A DNA stretch of 64,000 nucleotides, taken from the NCBI GenBank assembly GCA_965243855.1, contig CBDEWE010000003.1, forward strand, positions 3,206,288-3,270,287. The letters run 5' to 3'. The notes beneath the pieces were generated by a model. That model saw only the letters and a program-made list of their open reading frames with translations, was not told the DNA's origin and made no database searches. The position numbers and the translations under genes were made by a program. Of this stretch, positions 44,036-54,638 are shown one piece after another; position 1 is the stretch's first letter; each line of letters begins with the position of its first letter. Origin of the DNA: an uncultured Candidatus Binatia bacterium. GTDB taxonomy: Bacteria > Desulfobacterota > Binatia > Bin18.

Positions 44036-45637
44036 ATGCAAAAAGCAACGCGCATGCCGCAGGAGACCAGCAACGGCTCAGTGTCCCACCAGCCCGACAC
44101 CTCACAACAACAAGTCGTACGCGAGCCGCCAACGGGTCAGGAATTTCTCGAAGGACTCCGTGACGGACGGGTCATCTATTTCGATGGTGAATTGGTCAAA
44201 GATGTCACCACCCACCCCGCCTTTGCCACCAGCGCCCGCTCGTATGCCCGCATGTACGACACGCTCCACGACCCGGAGAAGCACGACCTCTTGACCTACG
44301 TGACGGAGCGGGGGGCTCGTTCACACAAGTTCTACAAACTCCCCCGTACCCCTCAAGACCTCCTTGAGGCTCGTGATGCCATCGCCGAGTGGGCGCGCTT
44401 GAGTTGGGGTACGCTCTCTCGCGGCCCCGATTATAAGGCCGCGTTGGTCGGAACGCTGGCCGGGGATGTTGACTTTTATGGTGAGTATGCCCCGAACGTC
44501 CAGCGTTGGTATGAGAAGATCGCCGACGAGGTGATGTTCGTCAATCTGAGCTTGATCAATCCGGCCGGCGATCGCTCAAAGCCACCGGCCGAGCAGCGCG
44601 ATGTCTATATGCACGTCGTGAAAGAGCGTGATGATGGCATTGTTGTGCGTGGGGCGCGCATGGTCTCCACCGGGGCCGCCTTCAGCCATGTCACCTATAT
44701 GAGTCAGTATATCCAGCCGACCGGACTGGTTGAGGGCGAAGAGGACTTCGCCATTGGCTTCTTCGTGCCCTTCAACGCCCCAGGCCTCACCTTCATGGGT
44801 CGCTACTCTTACGAATACCTGGCGAAAAAAATCGGCTCTCCCTTCGACTATCCTCTCTCCAGCCGTTTCGATGAGTCTGATCTGAGTATCGTACTCGACG
44901 ACGTGTTTATCCCCTGGGAAGACGTGACGGTCTACCGCAACCCAGCCGTTGTCAACGGCCTCTTCCCACGCGGCTTTGCCCAGCGGTTTGCCTTTCACGC
45001 CGCGGCACGAACCGCGGTCAAGCTTGATTTTATTTGCGGCTTACTCCTCCGGGCAACAGCAATGCAGCAGAAGACCGGCTTCCGCGAGGTACAGGCGAGG
45101 ATTGGCGAGTTGCTCGGCATGCGGCATAACCTCTGGGCACTATCCACGGCAATGGCAGCCGAGGCCGAACCTGGGCCAGGGGGCTATCTCCTGCCAAAGA
45201 CCGAGTACGCGCTTCAGTGGCGCAATATCTACGGCGATATCTTCAGTACGGCTCGGACGATATTCCACAATCTCCTTTCCGGCAATTTGATCCAGATCCC
45301 CTCCTCGGCCAAGGATTTTAAGAACCCGGCCACCCGTCCGTTGCTCGACCGCTACTGGAAAGGGGCCACTGCCCCGGCCGAAGAACGAGTGAAGCTGTTA
45401 CGCGTCATCTGGGACTTGTTTCTCACCGAGTTCGCCGGCCGCACAGAGGCCCACGAGCGGAACTTCGCCGGTGGTTATGAACCGAATCGGGTAGAGACCT
45501 ATCAGGCGGCCGAGCATTCGGGTCTGAACGCCTCGATGAAAGCGATGGTCGACGAGTGCATGAGCCACTACGATCTGGATGGCTGGACAGATTCGACCTG
45601 GGCAGACGTGCCTTGGTCACTCCCGGATTCAGAATAG
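44036..45637 (+). CDS. 4-hydroxyphenylacetate 3-monooxygenase oxygenase-component (HpaB) family protein
   Basis: 533 aa; EFLEGLRDGRVIYFDGELVKDVTTHPAF... N-terminus characteristic of HpaB/PheA-type FADH2-dependent hydroxylases. Confidence 0.8.
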   Translation: MQKATRMPQETSNGSVSHQPDTSQQQVVREPPTGQEFLEGLRDGRVIYFDGELVKDVTTHPAFATSARSYARMYDTLHDPEKHDLLTYVTERGARSHKFYKLPRTPQDLLEARDAIAEWARLSWGTLSRGPDYKAALVGTLAGDVDFYGEYAPNVQRWYEKIADEVMFVNLSLINPAGDRSKPPAEQRDVYMHVVKERDDGIVVRGARMVSTGAAFSHVTYMSQYIQPTGLVEGEEDFAIGFFVPFNAPGLTFMGRYSYEYLAKKIGSPFDYPLSSRFDESDLSIVLDDVFIPWEDVTVYRNPAVVNGLFPRGFAQRFAFHAAARTAVKLDFICGLLLRATAMQQKTGFREVQARIGELLGMRHNLWALSTAMAAEAEPGPGGYLLPKTEYALQWRNIYGDIFSTARTIFHNLLSGNLIQIPSSAKDFKNPATRPLLDRYWKGATAPAEERVKLLRVIWDLFLTEFAGRTEAHERNFAGGYEPNRVETYQAAEHSGLNASMKAMVDECMSHYDLDGWTDSTWADVPWSLPDSE

Positions 45638-45678
45638 GCCACGAAGCTTGGTGTCGCGATGGATGAAGGAGAAGAACA

Positions 45679-46953
45679 ATGAATGAATCAAATAGAGTGG
45701 CTGCCGAAGCCAGGCCTATACACGGCTCGGAGCGAGGCATGCCGATCGATCCCCCCGAGCCGAACCTCACGCCCGAAGCGATGGTGGCTCGAGCTCGCGA
45801 GCTCGTACCGCGCCTCCGCGAGCGGGCGGAGGCGGCGGACCGTCTGCGCACGCTCCCGCCCGAAACCTACAAGGACTTTTTGGACGCGGGCTTCTACCGG
45901 ATCCTGCAGCCGCGCCGCTTCGGTGGCTACGAGTTCGATCTGCGGACCTTCTGCGACGTCATGATCGAGATCACGCGGGGCTGCGGCTCATCGGGCTGGG
46001 TGCTCTGCCTGACGGCGGCCCACGTCTTCCACATGGCCGGGGTATCCGAAGAGGGGCAGATCGAGATGTACGGGGACGACGGAGACTTCCGCTCGCCGAT
46101 GACCTTCGCACCGCAGGGGACGGCCACCCCCGTCGACGGGGGATACCGCATCAATGGCCGCTGGAACTACAACTCCGGCGGCGACTACGCGAACTGGCTC
46201 GGCGTCTCCGCGGTCGTTCCCGGCGATACGGCGGGCGGGCCTCCCCGGGACACGATCCTCGCATACCTCCGGCAGGAGGAATGCGAGGTCTTCGACGACT
46301 GGTTCGTCATGGGCCTGCGCGGAACCGGCTCGAAGCAGGCGATCATCGAGGACGTCTTCGTCCCCGAGCGGCGCGTGCTCTCCCAGCTTCCCTGGTTCGC
46401 GGGTCGAGCCCCGGGTTACGGCGTCCACGAGAATCCCTTCTACCGGACGTCGCCGTTCGACGTCTTCCTCGCCGAGCTGGCGTGCATCTGCGTGGGCCTC
46501 GCAGAGTCAGCGATCGACGCCTTTTACGAGCGGGCGATGACGAAGGTCAATAGCTATCCGCCGTTTACGCCCGTAAAGAATGAGCGATCGGTACAGCGCC
46601 TCATCGGTCTCGCGCGCGCCAAGACCGACGCCGCCCAGGCGGTGCTCCAACGCATCATCGATAATCAGAAGCGTCGCATGGAGCAGATCGCGCAGAGCGG
46701 TCCCGTTGATGTGACCGAGGAAGAGACGCGACGTACCTTCATGCTCACCCACCAGACGCTCCACCTCACTCGCGAGGCCGTGGAGCCGCTCTTCGACGCG
46801 AGCGGCACGAGCGTCGCTCTGACCGGTCAGCCTATGGAACGGATCTTCCGGGACCTCAACATGGTTCGAACCCACTACATGATGAACGGCGACCGGACCG
46901 CCGAGAACTGGGGGGCCACGTTCTTTGGGCAGGAGGCGTACAGCCTGTTCTAG
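45679..46953 (+). CDS. acyl-CoA dehydrogenase-fold flavin-dependent monooxygenase (HsaA/DszC-like oxygenase component)
   Basis: 424 aa; ...YKDFLDAGFYRILQPRRFGGYEFD...ITRGCGSSGWV...; markedly higher GC and GC3 than surrounding genes. Confidence 0.7.
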   Translation: MNESNRVAAEARPIHGSERGMPIDPPEPNLTPEAMVARARELVPRLRERAEAADRLRTLPPETYKDFLDAGFYRILQPRRFGGYEFDLRTFCDVMIEITRGCGSSGWVLCLTAAHVFHMAGVSEEGQIEMYGDDGDFRSPMTFAPQGTATPVDGGYRINGRWNYNSGGDYANWLGVSAVVPGDTAGGPPRDTILAYLRQEECEVFDDWFVMGLRGTGSKQAIIEDVFVPERRVLSQLPWFAGRAPGYGVHENPFYRTSPFDVFLAELACICVGLAESAIDAFYERAMTKVNSYPPFTPVKNERSVQRLIGLARAKTDAAQAVLQRIIDNQKRRMEQIAQSGPVDVTEEETRRTFMLTHQTLHLTREAVEPLFDASGTSVALTGQPMERIFRDLNMVRTHYMMNGDRTAENWGATFFGQEAYSLF

Positions 46954-47003
46954 GCCAGCGGCAACGATTCGAGGGTAGGCGGCGAAGCCGTGTTCGCACG
47001 TTC

Positions 47004-48098
47004 TCACCAGCTGCCTTTGCGCTGAGAGCCGCCCGGTCCGCTATAGGATGCGGTAAAGCCGGGCTCCTGTTGGAACAAATCTCTCGGCATCGACTGAACC
47101 GCCCGCTTCCAGGCAGCGACTAAGCGATCCTCGGCCGTATAGTCAAACGGGTCTTGCAGCATCACTTCCTCTCGCCCCCCATATGCCAATGGATGGTCGC
47201 GTAACCAGACCGCCGCCTGTTTGATGCCCTCAACCGGCGAGACCATATCCCGATAGCCGAGTTCTGATTTGATTTTGGTGAGATCAAACACCCGGTGGGT
47301 CGTCCAGGGTTGTGAGATTAACGGTCTGGCGCTGACGGCCAGATCGTACGGCATCGAGATCATCTCCCACTCGTGACCGAGCGCTTCGGCACACAGCTGC
47401 ACGACCTGCTTTAAGGTCAAGACATGATCGTCGCCACAGTTATACACCTGCCCGGCGGCAACCTCGGGTTGATCCACGGCCAACAGCAGGGCGTGCGCGG
47501 CGTTGGCAGCAGCGCCGGAGTGATTGAGCGATAAGCCGTCGTCCGGGAGGATGATGAAAGGCCGCCTGTCCAGGATACGGCGAACAATGGACCATTCGCG
47601 TGGAACGACTTGATAGGCGCCATAGATTTGGGGATACCGAAAATGCGTGGCGTTCGGGTGGTGTGCGAAAACCACCTCTTCCGAGCGATACACCCGGTAG
47701 CCTTTGCCATCTTCCGCTTCGCTCGTCGTCTTGACCGCATCCTCCCCGGTGGGCACGGGCAGGCCCGGCGGGTGGACCATATCCGCGTTCATAAAGCCCC
47801 GGTAGGCAGGCCCGCCCCCGACCGAGATAAACCGCTCCGTCCGGCCAACCATAATCTCGGCCACCCGCCGTAAGCGGCCGTACATGGCGAGGGTTATATC
47901 AAAATGGGAATCACCGAGGGCGTCAATCAACTCCTGCTCATCGAACGGGTTGGTATGAATGTGGACGACGGATGCGGGAATCTCAGCCACTTCGTGGTTC
48001 CCCGTGTGAAGAATAGCTACATCGTATCCTCGCTCAAGCAATCCGTTGACAATAAAGTGACCGGTCGGTCCGGTCCCGCCGATAACCAAAGCTCGCAT
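47004..48098 (-). CDS. NAD-dependent epimerase/dehydratase (extended SDR) family protein
   Basis: 364 aa; MRALVIGGTGPTGHFIVNGLLERGYDV Rossmann N-terminus. Confidence 0.8.
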   Translation of the reverse strand: MRALVIGGTGPTGHFIVNGLLERGYDVAILHTGNHEVAEIPASVVHIHTNPFDEQELIDALGDSHFDITLAMYGRLRRVAEIMVGRTERFISVGGGPAYRGFMNADMVHPPGLPVPTGEDAVKTTSEAEDGKGYRVYRSEEVVFAHHPNATHFRYPQIYGAYQVVPREWSIVRRILDRRPFIILPDDGLSLNHSGAAANAAHALLLAVDQPEVAAGQVYNCGDDHVLTLKQVVQLCAEALGHEWEMISMPYDLAVSARPLISQPWTTHRVFDLTKIKSELGYRDMVSPVEGIKQAAVWLRDHPLAYGGREEVMLQDPFDYTAEDRLVAAWKRAVQSMPRDLFQQEPGFTASYSGPGGSQRKGSW

Positions 48099-48152
48099 GG
48101 TTAGTGCACTCCGGTAAGCTTCTCCCGCATTCGTTTTGCGCTCTCCGGTTTT

Positions 48153-49970
48153 CTATCCAGGAATCACCGGCAGCAGGACGTAGGACGCCCGGTCTTCCTG
48201 GTGAAACACGGTCTGCTGGGCGGATACGCCCTGCGTGCCCTCGCCAAACGGCTCGCCCGTGTTCAGGTTGCGGTCAAACTCCGGGAAATGGCTGGAGCTG
48301 ATTTCCAGGCGGAGGCGGTGACCCGGTAGGAAGACGCTGCTCGTCGCCCATAGATCAATCGTAAACTGATACGGCTTGTTCGCTTCCATCAATGCGGGCG
48401 TAGACGCAGAGTCACGATAGCGGGCGCGGATGATGCCATTGAGCAGGTTCTGCGCATAGCCGTCAGGATGGACGTCAACAAGTTTGGCCGTAAAATCCGT
48501 ATCAACGGCTGAGGACGCAGCCCACAACGTCACCGACACCGGTCCGGTGATTTCCAGCGCTTGGGTGAACGGATCGGAGGTATAGACCAGGACATCATTA
48601 CGTTCCTCGACCGGGCGTTGATCCTGCACACCCATATCAACGGCCAGATTATTGCCGCCCAGGGACGGAACTGGATTGTCGGGATCATAGACATAGGTGT
48701 CTATCTGCTCTTGGCCGGGCGGGACGGTTGAGAGGGTCCCATTCCCGTTGAGCGTGTTCGCCTCACCGCCACTATGCAGAAAATAGCGCATCTGGCGCAT
48801 GTTGGGCGGTGGCCAATCGGACAAGTGTTGCCAACGGTTTTCACCCAGCGTGAAGACGCTGACTGGCGGCTCGTCCATAATCCCGTTGGCGACATCTTTG
48901 AGCCAATAATCGAACCAGCGCAGCAAGGTTTCATTGAGGTCGATCAAGGCACTTGGACCAAAATCGATATCACCCGCACCGCGTGAAGCCGGCGTCGTAT
49001 ACGGCAACAAATGGCCCCACGGACCAATGATCAGCCGTTGACCGGTGCGGGCGACCTCAAACTGACTTTTCCGAGTGATGCTCTGATACGCGGCCGGCCC
49101 ACCCTCGGCAAACGTGTCGTACCACGAGGTCACATGGAGCATCGGCGTCCGAATAGTCTCGGCAAAGCGATTCACATTGGCCCGGTACCAGTACTCTCCA
49201 TCGTCGGCATGGGCGATGTGATCGGCCATGTATGGCGCGGTTTCTTTGAGCAACTCACCCCAATCCTTGATGGGCAGGTGGCGATACCACTCGTCGGTCA
49301 GGGGGGTGAAGGCGTTTAAGCCCCAGCGGGTCGTCCGTACGCCGGCTAGCTCGCCGCCTTCGACATACTCCTTCATCTTCTCCATGAGGTCTCTGCGACC
49401 TTGGCGCTTGAGCGTATTCAGGCCCTTAAAGATGGCATACGGCACCATCCAGCCCCACTTTGACACTCCACCGGTCTGATAGATCCAACTGGCATGATAG
49501 TCGGCCGAAGCGGAAACCGGCGCCATACACTGGAGGGAGGGCGGCATGGGATCGTTACAAGCGATGAGATACTGTGTCAGCCCCATATAGGACTGGCCGG
49601 TCGTCCCCACCCGGCCATTCGACCACGGCAACCGGGCAGCCCATTCGACGGCATCATAGCCGTCGGCAGCTTCCTGAAAGATGGTGTCGTATTCTCCTTC
49701 GGACTCGAAACGGCCGCGACAGTCCTGGGTAATAAGAACATAACCATACTGGGCGTACGAGGCATTGAGGCCATTGGGGTCGGCGGAGCCCGTTTTGCCA
49801 TACGGAGTGCGGATCAGCAGGACGGGAAAACGTTCGGCGGAGTCTGGCCGAACGATGTCGGCGTACAGCGTGATCCCATCCCGGGTTTTCATCGGGACAC
49901 TCTCTTCAGAGGTGACTTTGTACTGTTTGCGCGCTTGGACGATCATGGCTCCCTCCTTGGCATGCGTCAT
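48153..49970 (-). CDS. CocE/NonD family hydrolase (S15 X-Pro dipeptidyl-peptidase-like)
   Basis: 605 aa; ...MKTRDGITLYADIVRPDSAERFPVLLIRTPYGK... characteristic CocE/NonD start. Confidence 0.8.
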   Translation of the reverse strand: MTHAKEGAMIVQARKQYKVTSEESVPMKTRDGITLYADIVRPDSAERFPVLLIRTPYGKTGSADPNGLNASYAQYGYVLITQDCRGRFESEGEYDTIFQEAADGYDAVEWAARLPWSNGRVGTTGQSYMGLTQYLIACNDPMPPSLQCMAPVSASADYHASWIYQTGGVSKWGWMVPYAIFKGLNTLKRQGRRDLMEKMKEYVEGGELAGVRTTRWGLNAFTPLTDEWYRHLPIKDWGELLKETAPYMADHIAHADDGEYWYRANVNRFAETIRTPMLHVTSWYDTFAEGGPAAYQSITRKSQFEVARTGQRLIIGPWGHLLPYTTPASRGAGDIDFGPSALIDLNETLLRWFDYWLKDVANGIMDEPPVSVFTLGENRWQHLSDWPPPNMRQMRYFLHSGGEANTLNGNGTLSTVPPGQEQIDTYVYDPDNPVPSLGGNNLAVDMGVQDQRPVEERNDVLVYTSDPFTQALEITGPVSVTLWAASSAVDTDFTAKLVDVHPDGYAQNLLNGIIRARYRDSASTPALMEANKPYQFTIDLWATSSVFLPGHRLRLEISSSHFPEFDRNLNTGEPFGEGTQGVSAQQTVFHQEDRASYVLLPVIPG

Positions 49971-50115
49971 ACCACCTCAGCTACACGCGCGATATATTAG
50001 CCAGAAGATTGACCCCATAGCAACGAAACCTTTATGAGGGAGTGAGCTGGCGGAGCTTGTGCACACCGTTTTGACGCATTGATGACACAATCGAGGTGAC
50101 ACTGGAGGGACACCA

Positions 50116-50865
50116 ATGGCAGAGCCCGATACCCTGTGCGGCTGGGGAGACCAGGACAAAGTTGACTATTTTGTACAGCGGAGCGCGTTCTTGATTCCGA
50201 AACGCCTTGAGCAACTCAACACCTTGCTCGACCTCTTCCCTTGGTCGGCTGATGAACCGATTCGCGTGCTCGATTTAGGCGCGGGCTATGGTGCGGTCAC
50301 GGAGACGATTCTCTCCCGTTATCCACACGCAACAGTCACCTGGGTTGACGGCTCGACCGCCATGCACGAGCATGCCGAGCCCCGCCTCAACAAATATGGC
50401 TCGCACGTCGAATTTTTTCTGCGCGACCTGGCTGATCCCACCTGGCATGTCGGCCTGCCCGGACCGTTTCATGCCGCAGTCTCGGCCATTGCGCTGCATC
50501 ACCTGACTGACAGTCGTAAAGGACAATTATGTGCTGAGGTGTTCAACCTGCTCCAACCTGGCGGTCTGTTTCTCAACAATGATGTCGTTGCCGGCGACCC
50601 GGCATTACGCGACCAGTTTACGCCCTTGGCTGATCGAGTGATTCAACAGCAGGTCCAGGAACAGACCGGAGAACTCCACTCGCTCGAAGAAATTCGCCAA
50701 GCGCGGACCGCCCTGCCGCGTCCCGAGGGGCAGCGCAGCCACATCGCTCCGCTGGAGCCTCAACTCAATTGGTGGCGAGAGGCCGGCTTTACGATTGTGG
50801 ACTGCTATTGGAAGTTTCTGAATTTTGCGATTTTTGGGGGCTTCAAGCCTCAAGCCGAGAGCTGA
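50116..50865 (+). CDS. class I SAM-dependent methyltransferase
   Basis: 249 aa; VLDLGAGYGAVTE motif I. Confidence 0.8.
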   Translation: MAEPDTLCGWGDQDKVDYFVQRSAFLIPKRLEQLNTLLDLFPWSADEPIRVLDLGAGYGAVTETILSRYPHATVTWVDGSTAMHEHAEPRLNKYGSHVEFFLRDLADPTWHVGLPGPFHAAVSAIALHHLTDSRKGQLCAEVFNLLQPGGLFLNNDVVAGDPALRDQFTPLADRVIQQQVQEQTGELHSLEEIRQARTALPRPEGQRSHIAPLEPQLNWWREAGFTIVDCYWKFLNFAIFGGFKPQAES

Positions 50866-50877
50866 GGAGAGCACACG

Positions 50878-52278
50878 TCAGTTCGATGTCAGACTCGTCT
50901 TGACGAGTTCATGCTCTTCCCCAAAAACAATCTGCCCAGCCGCATCTTGGGCGCGAATACGCGCTTCGATTGCAGGTGATAACTGCAAGTTTCGCTCCTC
51001 AGGAAACTTGTCCTTGTATAAGTGCGGGCGTAAAAAAAATTCTTCTGGAGCCCTGATTACCGCTTGAGTTTTTAAAGGCGCAGGGAACCAACCGCGCCGC
51101 ATGAAGTCGGGCGAGAAGAATACGTCCACGTCTTTCTGCGACCATTCTTTGACCTGCATGGCATCATGCACCGTATAGCCATAATAGTCTTCCTGGGCAT
51201 CCCACCAGACCGCAATCAGGTTATGATAGCCGCGCTCCCCGAGGTTCGGATTCATCATTTTGGTAATCCGCTCCTCAACAAAGATGAGTTCATCCTGCCG
51301 TCCATACACCTCCATCCGAAGCGGATAAAAATAGTGTTGCTCTAGCCAGTACACCACCTTGCTGGCGTAATAATCCGGCAGCCAGTCCGACTTTGGGCGC
51401 GCTTCAAGGACGTAGGTCCGCACGCCGCCACTCGGCTGATAATGTGGATATTCGTCTCCCATGATTTTCAGGTCTTGGACGGGCACATCGGTAAAGGACC
51501 CCTCCGGCGTGGCCAGCGTCATCACCGGTCGCGTTTTCGGAAAGCGAACCGTCTCGGTCAGGATATCGGTTCCCAATACGCGCCACGAAAACTCCCAGGC
51601 GTCGCGACCGAGCGAGTCGTCAAACGTCATCGGCCAGGTGGCCATTTTGTCTTCCCGCTGGGGTTGCGGGAAACGGCGAACCCGACGGATGGCCGGCGAA
51701 TAGCCAAACAGGTCGGCCTTGGTACGCTTCTCCTGATCGGTCCGGTAGGTAATGAAGAGCATTTGATTGCCGTAATTTTCAGGCGGAGAGAGATCCTGCG
51801 TCAGCCAGTGAGCCAACAGTTCTCCCGGTTGTGCTGTCAGGTGACCCATCAGGCCCTCGGGTTTCCGATAATGAACCAGGACGAGAATTTGTGCACTGGA
51901 CAGAGAGCCGCTGGGAGTCAGCAGCCCCATGTCTTCGACCTGGACGCAGTTCCAGCGCGGCATATGCGGGAATTCCATGGCCCGAAAGCCCATTTCCTCA
52001 GCCGTGTACGGAGCGCGGAACGGATAGGCTTCGGCCGGCAGATACGGGATGGTTGCATCGCGTGGCGTGTCCTGTGCCATGTCGATCGCGGTCCGCTCCT
52101 CTTCAGAGAGTTCGACCAGCGTCTTCCAGGTTTTCTCCGGTCGCCCGTTCTGGTCTTCCGCGGCCCAGAGAGGCTGCATGTAAAAAATAAGGCTGAAACC
52201 AATCAGGCAGATGAGTCCTGCGCTCAGGCCGATCAGATATTCAAGATGGTTGAGATGTCCGGGCTCGCTCCGCATCAA
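50878..52278 (-). CDS. DUF1329 (LolA-like) family protein with N-terminal membrane anchor
   Basis: 466 aa; TM helix then ...YSPAIRRVRRFPQPQREDKMATWPMTFDD... and ...YVLEARPKSDWLPDYYASKVVYWLEQHYFYPLRMEVY resembling DUF1329 conserved blocks. Confidence 0.55.
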   Translation of the reverse strand: MMRSEPGHLNHLEYLIGLSAGLICLIGFSLIFYMQPLWAAEDQNGRPEKTWKTLVELSEEERTAIDMAQDTPRDATIPYLPAEAYPFRAPYTAEEMGFRAMEFPHMPRWNCVQVEDMGLLTPSGSLSSAQILVLVHYRKPEGLMGHLTAQPGELLAHWLTQDLSPPENYGNQMLFITYRTDQEKRTKADLFGYSPAIRRVRRFPQPQREDKMATWPMTFDDSLGRDAWEFSWRVLGTDILTETVRFPKTRPVMTLATPEGSFTDVPVQDLKIMGDEYPHYQPSGGVRTYVLEARPKSDWLPDYYASKVVYWLEQHYFYPLRMEVYGRQDELIFVEERITKMMNPNLGERGYHNLIAVWWDAQEDYYGYTVHDAMQVKEWSQKDVDVFFSPDFMRRGWFPAPLKTQAVIRAPEEFFLRPHLYKDKFPEERNLQLSPAIEARIRAQDAAGQIVFGEEHELVKTSLTSN

Positions 52279-52310
52279 GTCTCTCCTTTCGCTTTCGTCA
52301 CGCTCATGAC

Positions 52311-53084
52311 CTATTGGGCCGCATATCCCCCGTCAACCGTGAACACCGAACCAGTGACCCATGACGACTCATCCGAGGCCAGAAAGAGTCCCATGGACGC
52401 CACATCTTCTGGCGTGCCCACACGACCGAGGGGGTGGCTCTTGGCCACGCGTTCCAGGCGTTTGGGATTGGAACCATGCAGAACGTGGGCCATCATCGGC
52501 GTATCCACAGCGCCGGGACAGATAGCGTTACAGCGGATGTTCTTGGCAGCATAGGCCGTCGCAATCGCTTTGGTGAGCGAAACAACGCCACCTTTGGCCG
52601 CGGTATAGGCGTGGACATTCCCAACGCCGAGGATCCCGGCCAGCGAAGAAACGTTGATAATCGATCCACCTCCGACCTTGGTCATTTCGGGAATCGCATA
52701 TTTACAGCCCAAGTAGATGCTCTTGAGATTCACGTTCAGAACGAAATCCCACATCTCCTCTTCAAGGTTGGTGACGGTCGTGTCGTGCTTATGCAGGACA
52801 GCCGCGTTGTTATACATGATATGTAAACCACCGTACGCCTCGACCGCCCGGTCAACTGCCGTTTTGATATCGGCTGCATTTGAGACGTCCGTCTCTTGAA
52901 ACACCGCCTCTCCCCCGGCCGCTTTGACCAACTCGACCGTCTCGTTGCCGCCCTCGACTTTAATGTCGGTGACAACGATCTTTGCGCCTTCTTGGGCGAA
53001 CATCACTGCGGCGGCCCGTCCCTGTCCACCGCCGGAACCGGTAATTAATGCGACCTTGTCCGCTAATCGTCCTGGCATAAGCAT
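52311..53084 (-). CDS. SDR family oxidoreductase
   Basis: 257 aa; KVALITGSGGGQGRAAA (TGxxxGxG), NNAA and YxxxK motifs. Confidence 0.85.
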   Translation of the reverse strand: MLMPGRLADKVALITGSGGGQGRAAAVMFAQEGAKIVVTDIKVEGGNETVELVKAAGGEAVFQETDVSNAADIKTAVDRAVEAYGGLHIMYNNAAVLHKHDTTVTNLEEEMWDFVLNVNLKSIYLGCKYAIPEMTKVGGGSIINVSSLAGILGVGNVHAYTAAKGGVVSLTKAIATAYAAKNIRCNAICPGAVDTPMMAHVLHGSNPKRLERVAKSHPLGRVGTPEDVASMGLFLASDESSWVTGSVFTVDGGYAAQ

Positions 53085-53226
53085 CTCCCCTCATTCGACC
53101 TCTACGCAAACGCGACTGCAATGTGCTCTAACAGAACACAGCGAGAAGCACTATACGCGGCTGCGCCTTGGCCTTCATCTTCTGACCGATTACGATGAGT
53201 TCGCTATCCGTTACTGGACGAAAAAG

Positions 53227-53592
53227 ATGAAAAAGTCGCTTGGCTGGGTGTACCTCTTCTTTGCTTTGAGTCTTTTTGGCCTCTTTGGCTTGCATACGAT
53301 CTACTTGGGAAAGCCGCTGAAGGGCGTCTTTTTTCTGCTGGCGACCTGGGCAGGACTCTGGGCCCTCACCCAAGTGCTCATTCTTCCTTCTCCGAGTATC
53401 CCGCTTGTCATTGGTCTGGCGCTCCCAAAGCTCTATCAGAATTTTGTGCTCACCATCCCCTCCCCGAGCCTGCCCCTGGTGATCGGGCTGCTGATGCTGC
53501 CTGTTCTTGGGGTATGGTGGTGGGTTGATCTCTTGACCCTGCCCCGGCAGACACGAAAGGCAAACGAGAAGGTTGAAACCATATTGCTGTAA
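53227..53592 (+). CDS. TM2 domain-containing membrane protein
   Basis: 121 aa from internal ATG; ...LFGLFGLHTIYLGKPLKGVFFLLATWAGLW... TM2 pattern; rest of long ORF upstream is antisense of SDR gene. Confidence 0.55.
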   Translation: MKKSLGWVYLFFALSLFGLFGLHTIYLGKPLKGVFFLLATWAGLWALTQVLILPSPSIPLVIGLALPKLYQNFVLTIPSPSLPLVIGLLMLPVLGVWWWVDLLTLPRQTRKANEKVETILL

Positions 53593-53822
53593 TCACCGTG
53601 GGCAATGGAAAGTACAGTATTTTCAGGAGGATCACGCGCGTCACGCCAGAGCGGAGCCGATCACTGGCCCGTCTGGGAATCATCGACATCTGCCCAAACT
53701 TCCAGTACAGTGCGCTCTAAGACTCGGACAGGTGATGCAAAAAGTAACCCACCCCGGCAGTCCTCGCATATCTGGCGAGCGCGAGTTCCTGGGAATGTGC
53801 ATCACACGTAAATGAGGTGTGT

Positions 53823-54614
53823 ATGGACGCCGAAATCATTCAAACCGATATCAGAGACTATATTGCCACGGTCACGATTGATCGCCCCCCCGTCAATGCC
53901 ATGAATCGGCAGATGTTTGATGAGATTCAAGCCTCCTTTGACGCTCTGAATAATCGGACCGATGTCCGGGTGGCCATCTTTACCGGGGCGGGGAAATGTT
54001 TTTGCGCGGGCGCGGATATGAAAGCGCGTTCGCGCTCGCTGGATGACGGCGCACAGCAACCGCGTCACGGGGCCATGTGGGCTCACTCGCGGGCCGCCCG
54101 CGAAGCTTTTCATTCCATTCTGGAATGTTCTGTCCCCGTCATCGGTGCGATCAACGGCCCGGCTCTCGGTGGAGGGCTGGCCCTGGTGGCATCCTGCGAC
54201 ATGCTGATTGCGTCAGAACGGGCGCTGCTCGGTCTGCCTGAGATCGATGTTGGCCTGTTGGGCGGTGGCCGCCATACCCAGCGCCTGTTTGGTATCTATA
54301 AAGCCCGCAAGATGATGTATACGGGCGAACGGATCGGCGCCGAGGAGTTATACCGTCGGGGCATTGTTGAAAAGGTTGTGCCGGCGGAGCAACTCATGGA
54401 CGAAGCCCGGGCTCAGGCCCAGGTAATTGCCGACAAAAGTCCGCTGGCCATCCGGCTTGCCAAACATGCCATGAATGCGATTGAGTTTATGGATCTGCGC
54501 GATGGTTACCGCTTTGAGCAGAATATGACGCACGAGCTGACGGGGAGCGAGGATGCCAAAGAGGCAGCCCGGGCGTTTGTGGAAAAACGAAAGCCTGTAT
54601 TTACAGGACAATAA
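53823..54614 (+). CDS. enoyl-CoA hydratase/isomerase family protein
   Basis: 263 aa; ...IATVTIDRPPVNAMN...FTGAGKCFCAGADM crotonase motifs; RBS GAGGTG. Confidence 0.85.
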   Translation: MDAEIIQTDIRDYIATVTIDRPPVNAMNRQMFDEIQASFDALNNRTDVRVAIFTGAGKCFCAGADMKARSRSLDDGAQQPRHGAMWAHSRAAREAFHSILECSVPVIGAINGPALGGGLALVASCDMLIASERALLGLPEIDVGLLGGGRHTQRLFGIYKARKMMYTGERIGAEELYRRGIVEKVVPAEQLMDEARAQAQVIADKSPLAIRLAKHAMNAIEFMDLRDGYRFEQNMTHELTGSEDAKEAARAFVEKRKPVFTGQ

Positions 54615-54638
54615 ACACGACTGGAAGGAGACAGGGGT

